IMG/VR virus record: IMGVR_UViG_3300013288_000004
Span: 191,360-255,359 of that record
Strand: one strand, 5' to 3'
Origin: a virus
Lineage: Duplodnaviria; Heunggongvirae; Uroviricota; Caudoviricetes
DNA length: 64,000 bases
Shown one piece after another: positions 25,909-34,633 of the stretch. The position numbers and the translations under genes were made by a program. Within the stretch, counting starts at the first letter, position 1; each line of letters starts with the position of its first letter. The notes below the pieces were generated by a model. It saw only the letters and a program-made list of their open reading frames with translations, did no database searches and was not told the DNA's origin.

Positions 25909-26976
25909 TTATAATCTATTCAAGAAATACAACACTAGGTCCATATGATCCTCGAATAACTTATTTCTCATGTTTCTAATTTCCGCGAAAGAAAACCAAT
26001 GCGCGTCAGAGGCATCGTCCAAACCGCTGACACGCGGGAGGTCATTATTGTCATCCAGCTTAATGCAATAAGCACTGGTAATGGTTCGTCCATTCTTAAT
26101 GAAGACTCTCCCACGTAATGAACGATCAGGATGGTCAAAAATTTTATGATCTACAATTGATCCTCTTAATACTTTTTCTGGAACCTTTATGCCAGTCTCT
26201 TCTCTGAGTTCCCTAATCATGGCATCTTCAAGAGTTTCGTCGGGGTGGACGTGCCCGCCCGGAATAGCCCAGAGAGATTTTCCCGGATTGTTCTTACGTT
26301 TAATTAAAAGAACATGGCCAGATTGTACTACCACCGCATCAACAGTAATGAAATTTAATGAGTATTCTTTAGGGAATGACAAAAACTTCTTGTCATAATT
26401 TACTGCGTCCTCATATTCAGAGCATAATGGATGAAATTCTGCTTTTGTTTGAAACTTCTCTAAGAAGTGATAAACGCCAACAGGCACAGCAGCTTTGACG
26501 AATTGCAGATGGCCAGAGAAATATAATTCTCTAACTTTAGTCGCATCAATATGCTTACCACCAGTAGAATCTAAAATCGCTGTTTCTATATAGTCCCACT
26601 GTTTAAAGTAGTTTATATACGATTCCGTCTTTTGATCTTTCTTTGCACCAAGCAGACAAACCGACTTATCACCGTTTGTAATTTCGTCAACACTGTTCAA
26701 AAGAGAAGCTGCCCAATTGGCGTTATTGTACAATTGGTCTTCAACATAGGTGAAAATAATTTTGTCACATTCTTCACCAGTTAGACATGACTGTATCATT
26801 TCAATACGTTCATTGACTGTGAATGGTGATTTTATTGTTCGTGGAGAATTTGCAGAACCAAGAACTATGATAAGTTTATGGCTTGTTTTTAGCGCATCTC
26901 GTACTGTAACTAAATGGCCTAAATGAAATGGTTGGAACCTTCCGATGTATACAGCATAATTATATGTATAAGGCAT
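25909..26976 (-). CDS. nadM: Bifunctional NMN adenylyltransferase / ADP-ribose pyrophosphatase (NadM-Nudix)
   Basis: YIGRFQPFHLGH; DATKVRE; Nudix box PGGHVHPDETLEDAMIRELREETGI. Confidence 0.95.
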   Translation of the reverse strand: MPYTYNYAVYIGRFQPFHLGHLVTVRDALKTSHKLIIVLGSANSPRTIKSPFTVNERIEMIQSCLTGEECDKIIFTYVEDQLYNNANWAASLLNSVDEITNGDKSVCLLGAKKDQKTESYINYFKQWDYIETAILDSTGGKHIDATKVRELYFSGHLQFVKAAVPVGVYHFLEKFQTKAEFHPLCSEYEDAVNYDKKFLSFPKEYSLNFITVDAVVVQSGHVLLIKRKNNPGKSLWAIPGGHVHPDETLEDAMIRELREETGIKVPEKVLRGSIVDHKIFDHPDRSLRGRVFIKNGRTITSAYCIKLDDNNDLPRVSGLDDASDAHWFSFAEIRNMRNKLFEDHMDLVLYFLNRL

Positions 26977-26996
26977 GACGATAACTCCTATCTGTC
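26977..26996 (-). promoter_or_regulatory. Conserved SD-containing hairpin/operator, copy 3 (nadM)
   Basis: GACAGATAGGAGTTATCGTC; two substitutions that swap a C-G pair for G-C. Confidence 0.7.
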
Positions 26997-27012
26997 AGTT
27001 TTATTTATCAGC

Positions 27013-27183
27013 TTAAATTTCTGCTATCTTGTCGCTGATTATTGCCAAGATGGTTTCTTTACATGCACCACAACCTGTGGATATATTCATTCTGTCAAAG
27101 ATCTCTTCTGGGTTTTTAATTCCAGAAGAGATCTGTTGCTCAATCTCTTCTAACTTAACATCATCACATAAACATATGTACAT
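27013..27183 (-). CDS. bfd: Bfd-like [2Fe-2S] protein (56 aa, not in track)
   Basis: Hand translation MYICLCDDV...STGCGACKETI has the CxC...CxxC ligand set. Confidence 0.8.
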   Translation of the reverse strand: MYICLCDDVKLEEIEQQISSGIKNPEEIFDRMNISTGCGACKETILAIISDKIAEI

Positions 27184-27184
27184 A

Positions 27185-28024
27185 TTACCCCTGAGTTAAA
27201 TATTTTATTAGTTGATTTGGTAACCAATGTAAATATTGTCCAGCCAGAGTAGTATGATAAATTACTGCCTGTTTGTAACCTTCCTGATCGTTAGAAGATA
27301 AGTTCTGGAGAATTTGTTCTATACATTCTATAGCTTGAACTTTCACGCTATGATCATTGTAGCCTTTCTCATCGTCAATTGCAATGCTATCTTCTATCTC
27401 TCTGATGCGATCTTTACACGCCTTTATAACATCTTTAGGTGTCTTGTATTTGTTAAGCTTCGCAGTGTCAGAATCATAATGAATAGAATTTACAGAATTC
27501 AGGGCTTTCTTTACAATTTTATCAAAATCGTCCGAAGTGAAAGCGTTAGGAGTTTCAAACTTGACTTCCGGCACTTCCTTCTGTTCTTCCGCTATAACAG
27601 CAGGCTGCACTTCTACTTGTGTTTCAATAACCTGTTCCATCTTTTCTTCAACAGTTTCTTCAACAACTGGTTCAGTAACTTTCACGGATTCGTCATATGA
27701 TTCCGCCTTATTTACATACTTTTGGGTCTCTGATTTTCCGCGTCTATGTAATTCACTAACACAGTAATTAATTTCATCAGCATAATAGCCGTACTTAGAC
27801 TTCGGACTATCTGGATTAGCTTTAATGGCTTCTTGAGCATCTTTAATAATATATCGCAACTGTTCTTCTGACATGTTCTTAACCTTAGCGGCATAAGCAG
27901 CATGGTCGAAATGCGGTCTGTCATAATTTTCTTTAATCGGATCTAATCCGGCCAAAACTCTTAAGCGATTGATCATGTTCATTTTTATTTTCCTAATAAT
28001 TATATGATGATATGTTTGTTCCAT
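27185..28024 (-). CDS. hypothetical protein, possibly head-associated
   Basis: Long ORF with an NRLRVLAGL..KE leader and a Glu/Val-rich linker; start probably near 27982. Confidence 0.7.
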   Translation of the reverse strand: MEQTYHHIIIRKIKMNMINRLRVLAGLDPIKENYDRPHFDHAAYAAKVKNMSEEQLRYIIKDAQEAIKANPDSPKSKYGYYADEINYCVSELHRRGKSETQKYVNKAESYDESVKVTEPVVEETVEEKMEQVIETQVEVQPAVIAEEQKEVPEVKFETPNAFTSDDFDKIVKKALNSVNSIHYDSDTAKLNKYKTPKDVIKACKDRIREIEDSIAIDDEKGYNDHSVKVQAIECIEQILQNLSSNDQEGYKQAVIYHTTLAGQYLHWLPNQLIKYLTQG

Positions 28025-28335
28025 TTACCATTCAAACCTCTTGAATCCGCTAGGTTTTTTACAGCATAATCCAATAATTTAACATATTGGTCCCATCGTG
28101 TCTTCATGTAAGCTAATGGTTTAGGAACATTTAATTCGTCTAATGAAAAATCAACAAGTTCGACTGGACTATTCCATTCTTTTTTCTTGTCTTTGCTATT
28201 TCTGTTTATGCCTTTTTGAATGTAGATCATAGTATCAAAAGGAAATGGGTCTCTCACATCGTCAGATATGAAAATACCCTTTTCCTTTGGTTTACGACCT
28301 TCATTTAAAATTTCACTCAGCTTTCGCATTTTCAA
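28000..28335 (-). CDS. hypothetical protein
   Basis: MRKLSEILNEG leader. Confidence 0.65.
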   Translation of the reverse strand: MKMRKLSEILNEGRKPKEKGIFISDDVRDPFPFDTMIYIQKGINRNSKDKKKEWNSPVELVDFSLDELNVPKPLAYMKTRWDQYVKLLDYAVKNLADSRGLNGKWNKHIII

Positions 28336-28828
28336 TATTTTCTCTTGATTGTTCTTGAAGTTGATCGAAATAATCCTCAGTTATTATAATATCTTTCAAA
28401 TGCTGCTGATTTCCTATGAAATAATCTTCGGTAGATTCTACACCTTCCACTGGTGCAGAAGTGGCCAGTGGTAGGTCATCAACAGTATCTGACAAATCTT
28501 CTAGTTTCTTTTTAGATTTATCCGCCAATTCATCATATTTATTTATAATACTTTCTAATATTATCACATAACCTTCATATTGTTCCAATGACAATCTGGC
28601 TATTCTCGCAGCCTTACCGGGATTAGTTTTCAACTCTTTCTTAAGTTCAGGAGTAGAATACTGTTTATATAAAAACTCTGGTTTTTCTACCTTTGGTGGT
28701 TTTGGGACAATATAAAATGGGATAGGCTTGTCCACATAGACAATCTCTTTTTCTGGTGTAGTTTGACACGCTGCCAGAAATATCGACACCACTAGTACTG
28801 ATATAATTTTTTTCATTTTAAAATGCAT
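28313..28828 (-). CDS. Lipoprotein, o-spanin (Rz1)-like
   Basis: Signal peptide with lipobox FLAAC, followed by Pro-rich VPKPPKVEKP. Confidence 0.65.
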   Translation of the reverse strand: MHFKMKKIISVLVVSIFLAACQTTPEKEIVYVDKPIPFYIVPKPPKVEKPEFLYKQYSTPELKKELKTNPGKAARIARLSLEQYEGYVIILESIINKYDELADKSKKKLEDLSDTVDDLPLATSAPVEGVESTEDYFIGNQQHLKDIIITEDYFDQLQEQSRENIENAKAE

Positions 28829-29267
28829 CCACTAATTCTGAAATACTGTCTTCGCACGTCTCGGCAAATTTATCTTGGTTCAATTGTTTAATAATATTTG
28901 TATTATTGCCGTTAATTTTGTTATATTTTTCTATCTGTGTTCTCAAATCTTGAATTTCAATATTAAATGCAACTGTGGCCTCTGCTGCTTCTGTGATAGT
29001 ATTTGATAGTTTATCATAATTTAAGCGACATTTGTTATTATCTTCTTGTAAATTAGTTATCATCATTTTTGCATTAGACAACTCTAGTTTAAGATTATCT
29101 TTCTGTAAATTTAATACGTAAACAGCCGCTGACAATCCTAGCATTGCTACAATGGATAATGTTTTATAATTAAAAATCATGGATACCCATGTTGGAGATG
29201 GAACAAAACCAAATCCTTGTGGCGTTTCTTGATTATCAATTTTATATTCTGGAGTTTCTTGACTCAT
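28818..29267 (-). CDS. i-spanin (Rz)-like protein
   Basis: Single TM helix followed by a coiled coil with two Cys; immediately upstream of the lipoprotein. Confidence 0.6.
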   Translation of the reverse strand: MSQETPEYKIDNQETPQGFGFVPSPTWVSMIFNYKTLSIVAMLGLSAAVYVLNLQKDNLKLELSNAKMMITNLQEDNNKCRLNYDKLSNTITEAAEATVAFNIEIQDLRTQIEKYNKINGNNTNIIKQLNQDKFAETCEDSISELVDAF

Positions 29268-29536
29268 CGTTTTTGCTTCCTGTTCGCTAATGATCTTACA
29301 TCATTCATATCCGCTTTTATATTTGTAGCGGCCTTATTATGGTTGGCTTGTAATTTTTTAAGACTATTTGACAACATGGATATTATTTTATCCTGTTCCT
29401 TGATAGATTTTTCCATTTGCGCAATAGTCTTATCTTGAGAATCTACATGTTTCTCAAGTTTAGAAATCTGTGACAACGCTCTATATAAATGGCTGTCCAG
29501 TTTCTTTATGTCTTCTGTAATTTTCTCTATTGACAT
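29264..29536 (-). CDS. Coiled-coil hypothetical protein
   Basis: Heptad-rich 90 aa ORF. Confidence 0.65.
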   Translation of the reverse strand: MSIEKITEDIKKLDSHLYRALSQISKLEKHVDSQDKTIAQMEKSIKEQDKIISMLSNSLKKLQANHNKAATNIKADMNDVRSLANRKQKR

Positions 29537-30069
29537 AAATTCCTCATATTATTAATAGCTAAGACCATACCATTTACTTTGTTAATTGAATTCTTAGTTG
29601 GTATATTAACATTAAATACATCAAAAACCTCATCAAGATATGTACAATTAAATAATAAATGCGAAGCGTGCAGCAAGTCGATATATTTATTAATTTTTAC
29701 ATTCATGTCCATTCTAGAAAACATATCTTCAAGTAATGGAATGGTAAACGATTCTGCGGCAGTACAAATAAATGTTATATCATCAAATACTACATCTTCG
29801 TCTTGTCTGAACAAGTAATTTACAAACGATTCAACCACCTCTTCAATAGGTGACCCATATTCTTCGATATCATTTTGTGTAAAGCCGTGATATTTTTCTG
29901 TACCGTTTATATGGACATCTTTTACGATATAAAAGAATTCATCTTTATTTTTTTCTAACGTCAAAAAATCTATCTCTAAGGCAGAGATAGATACAATGTC
30001 GATGCCGCTTACATTTTTATTTTTTGGCAATCCATTAGAGTCTATTGATATAACTACATATTTTTTCAT
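29527..30069 (-). CDS. DnaQ/DEDD exonuclease-like protein with degenerate active site
   Basis: VVISIDSNGL..IVSISAL..YHGFTQ..PIEEVVESF resembles the epsilon fold, but the ExoI DxE is not intact. Confidence 0.55.
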   Translation of the reverse strand: MKKYVVISIDSNGLPKNKNVSGIDIVSISALEIDFLTLEKNKDEFFYIVKDVHINGTEKYHGFTQNDIEEYGSPIEEVVESFVNYLFRQDEDVVFDDITFICTAAESFTIPLLEDMFSRMDMNVKINKYIDLLHASHLLFNCTYLDEVFDVFNVNIPTKNSINKVNGMVLAINNMRNLCQ

Positions 30070-30638
30070 TCACGATAACCTTCAATTAAATAATCATCAA
30101 ATTCATTTACACGACTCATTCTATTAGAACTTTTAATCCAATTGCAAGAGTGTTGCCAAACTAATCTCGTCAAATATGCATCGTATGCATCATTAAATAA
30201 ATCATTCGTTGGTCTAACTCCATCATTAGTTGCAATTAGAGTTTTTTCTATTTTAAAATTACATTTGATCTTTTTCTGGTTGGCATGGCACGCAGATTCA
30301 AATGCGTGCAGCCAATTTGTTAGATCATTAAATCTTCCTAAATTTATAACAGAGAATGCTAATATGTCCATAAATGACCTTTCTACTAGGAGAAATCTAG
30401 TATAATATTGGTAATTGAACACCTCGCTATGTAGTTTCAAAATATCTAATTGAAAATCACATAACATATTTTTATCAGAATAAATTTTCTGCAAATCTCC
30501 ACCATATCTATTTACGATAGTTCTAGCACTTTTCGTTGGATATACAGTTATGTTAGTTTTAAACTCTGAATGTCTTATTATGTCATTAATAAATGTTGTT
30601 TTGCCTTGACCTTGAGAAGCACTAATAGTGAAAATCAT
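30066..30638 (-). CDS. P-loop protein (AAA_28 / nucleotide kinase-like)
   Basis: ISASQGQGKTT, VERSFMDILAF, DGVR. Confidence 0.7.
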   Translation of the reverse strand: MIFTISASQGQGKTTFINDIIRHSEFKTNITVYPTKSARTIVNRYGGDLQKIYSDKNMLCDFQLDILKLHSEVFNYQYYTRFLLVERSFMDILAFSVINLGRFNDLTNWLHAFESACHANQKKIKCNFKIEKTLIATNDGVRPTNDLFNDAYDAYLTRLVWQHSCNWIKSSNRMSRVNEFDDYLIEGYRE

Positions 30639-30853
30639 CTGTAACCTTTAACTATATTCATCAACATTTTATCATACTTCTTCTTTGCCAGTTCTTTTTT
30701 GAGTTGTGAAGAGTCTTTAGATTTCATTATGGCTTTTAATTCAAAAAGCTTGACCACTAAATTTTTAGTGGTCTGGTCATGTGTTATAAATTCAGCGCCA
30801 GAAGTATCATTTTCCGGCGCTTTTTCTGGTGTGACAGTGTTATGTGTATTCAT
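30635..30853 (-). CDS. hypothetical protein
   Basis: 72 aa ORF. Confidence 0.55.
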   Translation of the reverse strand: MNTHNTVTPEKAPENDTSGAEFITHDQTTKNLVVKLFELKAIMKSKDSSQLKKELAKKKYDKMLMNIVKGYR

Positions 30854-30906
30854 GCTTTTAATCCGCTGTGCCTTTTAGCATAGCACGGTTTAAAGACTCT
30901 GTAAAG

Positions 30907-31578
30907 TTAGTTAGGCAGCCCAAATAAATTCAAAAACTGCACGTTCCCGAGTGACGTTAATTTAGCAGTTTGCGTATTATCCTTGGATCTACCTGTTTGT
31001 GGAGAAATATCAGTACCGTCTAATATAGCTCTTCTCAATTTCATCTCATGTTTTATATCTTTACCCACATTATACAACCATAGTTCCTCAAAAGTAGAAT
31101 CTTCTGCTTCTCTTTTGTAAACTAAAAATGCTCCGGGTATCGATCTGACATTTCCTTGATAATTTTGATCTTGCGATTCTTCACCAAATCCACCCTCGTC
31201 ATCTTCGAATTCATCGTCTTCGCCGTCTAGAGAGTCATCCTCAAATTCATCAGAAAATTCATCGTCACTTCCAAACTGTTCGTCATCATCTGATAAATCA
31301 TCCTCTAATCCATCATCGTCAAAATCATCAGAGAATTCATCATCTTCCATATCGGAATCAAAATCATCAGAGAATTCTGAATCACCATCATCCATCATCT
31401 CTTGCTCATCTGGATCTGGTCCAGAAGCTGCTGGTTCAAATTCGTCAGAACTCCCAATATCTGGATCATATGAATCCGCATCTTCGTCATCAATTTCCAG
31501 ATCATAATCATCATAATCATCATCTGGTGTATCAATCTCTTCCATACGATAAATCTTTAATTCTCTTAGTAATTTCAT
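30907..31578 (-). CDS. Protein with a long acidic N-terminal tract and a folded C-domain
   Basis: About 130 aa D/E tract, then YQGNVRSIPGAFLVYKR..EELWLYN..GNVQFL. Confidence 0.75.
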   Translation of the reverse strand: MKLLRELKIYRMEEIDTPDDDYDDYDLEIDDEDADSYDPDIGSSDEFEPAASGPDPDEQEMMDDGDSEFSDDFDSDMEDDEFSDDFDDDGLEDDLSDDDEQFGSDDEFSDEFEDDSLDGEDDEFEDDEGGFGEESQDQNYQGNVRSIPGAFLVYKREAEDSTFEELWLYNVGKDIKHEMKLRRAILDGTDISPQTGRSKDNTQTAKLTSLGNVQFLNLFGLPN

Positions 31579-31599
31579 TTCGTTTTTTCCAGTTTTAAT

Positions 31600-31617
31600 T
31601 ATTTATCGCCATAAATA
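31600..31617. promoter_or_regulatory. Back-to-back divergent late-type promoters
   Basis: GATAAATA on minus (31600-31607) and CATAAATA on plus (31610-31617). Confidence 0.55.
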
Positions 31618-31623
31618 TGTTTT

Positions 31624-31896
31624 ATGAAAAGATTTTACCAAATTTATATCGATCCGAATACTGGAAACAAAGTCATCTTTGATGATGAGAGTGGTTGTGT
31701 GTCTGGCTCTATTGGAGTATCAGGTAGTCATGTGTATACAATACAACATAATTTTGGAACTAATGCTATTATATGTAACGTTTATAGTTCTGATAATCAA
31801 CTAGTTATACCGGATAAACTGAGAATAATAGATATAAATACCATCGAAATAACAGTGTCCACAATAGAACATATTAATATATCGATAATAGCATGA
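31624..31896 (+). CDS. hypothetical protein (possible virion component)
   Basis: HNFGT..CNVY..VIPD beta-rich pattern. Confidence 0.6.
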   Translation: MKRFYQIYIDPNTGNKVIFDDESGCVSGSIGVSGSHVYTIQHNFGTNAIICNVYSSDNQLVIPDKLRIIDINTIEITVSTIEHINISIIA

Positions 31897-32342
31897 AAAA
31901 AATCCAACTAGTACCAGAGAATTACCCAGAGAATTATAATGGATACAGATTCGTATCTCTAATCAAATATAATGAAAAATCACAAATAACAATTATCGAC
32001 AATGTCATATCGGATAACATTCATGCTTTTGTGTTGGATGAATGTCAAGCCCTTAATTTAGACGAAACCACATTAATAACATATGCCGAAGATTGGTTCA
32101 ATAAAGACTCTCATCGAATACCGTTTTCCATATTTCTTTCTAAAAACAATGTAGGAGCAGAATATTACAGAACAATAAAATGCTTTCCTCTCGATTTTGT
32201 GTCAAGAGTATTGGGACCATTGTTTTGTTTTAATATGGGAAATCCTTTGAAAGTTAAGAGGAAAAGAAAGAAAGATATTCCGGATAACGTTGAAATTGTA
32301 TACAAGGGTCGTTCAATCGAACCTTATAATCAAATTATTTGA
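31893..32342 (+). CDS. hypothetical protein
   Basis: ATGA-coupled ORF. Confidence 0.7.
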   Translation: MKKIQLVPENYPENYNGYRFVSLIKYNEKSQITIIDNVISDNIHAFVLDECQALNLDETTLITYAEDWFNKDSHRIPFSIFLSKNNVGAEYYRTIKCFPLDFVSRVLGPLFCFNMGNPLKVKRKRKKDIPDNVEIVYKGRSIEPYNQII

Positions 32343-32652
32343 TTTCGGAATTTTTCGTATTTAAAAGTGCTTTACCTTTTTGTGTTAAATTTCCTTTATC
32401 GTCTATAAATCCATTATAAGACAATACTTTTTCTCCCATGTTATTAATTGTATAACCAGCCGGATTATATTTTATTAACTGCATTCTCTTTAAATATGCA
32501 GTTGCATTGATCAATTTTTCACTGGAATTTATATATTCTAATGCCAATTCTGGGGTTGGGCTTGAAAAAATCAATAATAAACTGTACGCTTGATGCATAC
32601 CTAATTTAATAGAATTTACATTTTCATTAATCGAGTCTAATATAGTAAACAT
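32335..32652 (-). CDS. hypothetical protein
   Basis: Coupled to the DnaE-like fragment. Confidence 0.65.
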   Translation of the reverse strand: MFTILDSINENVNSIKLGMHQAYSLLLIFSSPTPELALEYINSSEKLINATAYLKRMQLIKYNPAGYTINNMGEKVLSYNGFIDDKGNLTQKGKALLNTKNSEIK

Positions 32653-33218
32653 TATATATCTGCGCCTAGTTTTATCAAATTCATCTGCAAAATAATATTA
32701 AGTGCGTATGCAATAGCATGGGATTTTCTAAGATCACTCTCATCTATTTTATCATACAACACTTTTCTAACCTCATGCTTTGATTTTATATATTTATCAA
32801 TTAATATAGTTTTGTTTGGACGAATAAGAGCTAATATATCTGCCAAATCTTCAATTGATTGTGGTTTGCATTTTTCAATTAGATCAAAATGTTTTTTGAT
32901 ATGAAATAATTTTTCGACTACTGATTTATAGTTAAGTAATGTCCAATCCGGTTTCATGTTTAAAACTGTCAGCACCTCATCTCTACTTTCGAATGATTTC
33001 AAAAGATTAAGATGTAATAAATCTATTTTTAGATAACCGTATTCTTGTGCTTGTTGGTATGGTATAGCTGACAAATGAGAGTCCATATCTGTGGGAATAG
33101 TCTGTAAATAAATGCCAACTGGATGAGGTTTAAGAACACCATTTTCAACCATGGAGGCGCGAATCATTTTCAAATTACTTAGATCTGTACGGGGGTCAAT
33201 GTCAATGTCGATATCCAT
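32652..33218 (-). CDS. Family-C DNA polymerase (DnaE-like) catalytic fragment B
   Basis: DIDID, HPVGIY, GYLKIDLLHL, KPQSIEDLADILALIRP, KSHAIAYA. Confidence 0.82.
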   Translation of the reverse strand: MDIDIDIDPRTDLSNLKMIRASMVENGVLKPHPVGIYLQTIPTDMDSHLSAIPYQQAQEYGYLKIDLLHLNLLKSFESRDEVLTVLNMKPDWTLLNYKSVVEKLFHIKKHFDLIEKCKPQSIEDLADILALIRPNKTILIDKYIKSKHEVRKVLYDKIDESDLRKSHAIAYALNIILQMNLIKLGADI

Positions 33219-33853
33219 ATTGTGTACTCCTCATAAATTTCTTTCAGTTTATCTATATTATCAATATCATCTATCTCTTTCAATTTAGATTCGAGTTTTT
33301 GTTGGCTTCTCAACAACAAAAGATAATACATCTCTTTCTGCTTTATGAAGTATTCTACAACATTCTCAACACTTTCTCCAGTTATGTCCATATAACTTTT
33401 TATAAAATGACAATCTTGAAGGTTGTTAGTATTCTGGTATTTTTCTGCTTCTTTATATCTTTCATCCATCAAATGTATGTTGGTTAAATATGAACAAATA
33501 TCTATATCCAAACGCTTAGAATAATAATATTTAACCAATTTTATTACGTTATCTCTATAATGGTCTATATTCGTTGTATCAACTGAAGAGTATCTGACCA
33601 GTTCTGGAATTTCCGAATCTAATTGTTCAAGTTTACTTTGTAATTCTTGCGGACTAGTACAAGATGATCTAGTACATTTACGTAAATCATCTCTCCATTT
33701 CAACCATTTATGTTGTTTTAAAACACCAGACCCTACTTGTAATATCCAATCACTATTCTGCAATAACCTCATTTTATATGAAATCGGACTAATCCAATCC
33801 CTATCCTCCGTAAATTTTGTCGGAGATGTAATAATGTTTGTTATCTTTTTCAT
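33179..33853 (-). CDS. Tail fibre assembly chaperone-like protein
   Basis: RLLQNSDW..WLKWRDDLR resembles the R..LL..SDW..W..YRQ.LRD motif. Confidence 0.55.
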   Translation of the reverse strand: MKKITNIITSPTKFTEDRDWISPISYKMRLLQNSDWILQVGSGVLKQHKWLKWRDDLRKCTRSSCTSPQELQSKLEQLDSEIPELVRYSSVDTTNIDHYRDNVIKLVKYYYSKRLDIDICSYLTNIHLMDERYKEAEKYQNTNNLQDCHFIKSYMDITGESVENVVEYFIKQKEMYYLLLLRSQQKLESKLKEIDDIDNIDKLKEIYEEYTIWISTLTLTPVQI

Positions 33854-33859
33854 TTTTGA

Positions 33860-34465
33860 TTATGGTGGAGGATTCAATGGACCGGGGGTATTACCCTTCA
33901 TACCAATAATAAGATAGTTTGCGCATCCAGATACCGCAGTAGGTACTAAATTTTCTCTATAACGCATGGTTACTTTACCATCGCTAGATGTAAAACACCA
34001 AATTAAACTTGCATAAACAGGTACATTAGCTGCTGATACAATCCACGCACATTCTGAATATGGGAATACATAACCACTTTCGCTAACTGGTTGTGGTAAA
34101 TATTCACCATTACTTATGATTCCCGAATTTGCTGCATAATCTCCAGTCAAACTCAATGGTAGCCATTCTGTTCCATCCCAAAAAAATGGTCTATCTTGCG
34201 TACTGTTCAACCATAATTGTCCCTCTAGGGGATTAGAAAGCAAATCATCAATAGCGACTGACAAATCTGGATTACCAATATTATCAGGATCTTCCGGGCA
34301 CGCAAAATGTTCAAGCAGATGAAGCATATTTTCATTCATCTCTTGGCCATACCGCAATCTAGTTCTACCGAACAATGTTACATCATGATCAGTATTAATA
34401 TCTTTTGGTACCAATGTTATTGGCGTCTGCCCAGAATCTGTAAATTTTACATTATAGTCAGTCAT
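33860..34465 (-). CDS. Virion fibre/baseplate-associated protein, paralog 1
   Basis: LFGRTRLRYGQEMNENMLHLLEHFA..GQLWLNS..WDGTEW, shared with the two upstream genes. Confidence 0.75.
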   Translation of the reverse strand: MTDYNVKFTDSGQTPITLVPKDINTDHDVTLFGRTRLRYGQEMNENMLHLLEHFACPEDPDNIGNPDLSVAIDDLLSNPLEGQLWLNSTQDRPFFWDGTEWLPLSLTGDYAANSGIISNGEYLPQPVSESGYVFPYSECAWIVSAANVPVYASLIWCFTSSDGKVTMRYRENLVPTAVSGCANYLIIGMKGNTPGPLNPPP

Positions 34466-34632
34466 TTTACTTCATCAAACCCTTCTAATTTTGCGCCTAA
34501 CATTTTTTCTGAAAACTCTGACTTATCTATTTCATAGACGTCATAACCTTTTGCTTCAGCATTTTCTTTATTTATAGGATTTATAGCAGACCCTATAATA
34601 ATATTATCAGATTTTCTAACTAGTATATACAT
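34462..34632 (-). CDS. Small hypothetical protein (56 aa, not in track)
   Basis: MYILVRKSDNIIIG...LEGFDEVK; its TGA overlaps the next ATG. Confidence 0.65.
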   Translation of the reverse strand: MYILVRKSDNIIIGSAINPINKENAEAKGYDVYEIDKSEFSEKMLGAKLEGFDEVK

Positions 34633-34633
34633 A

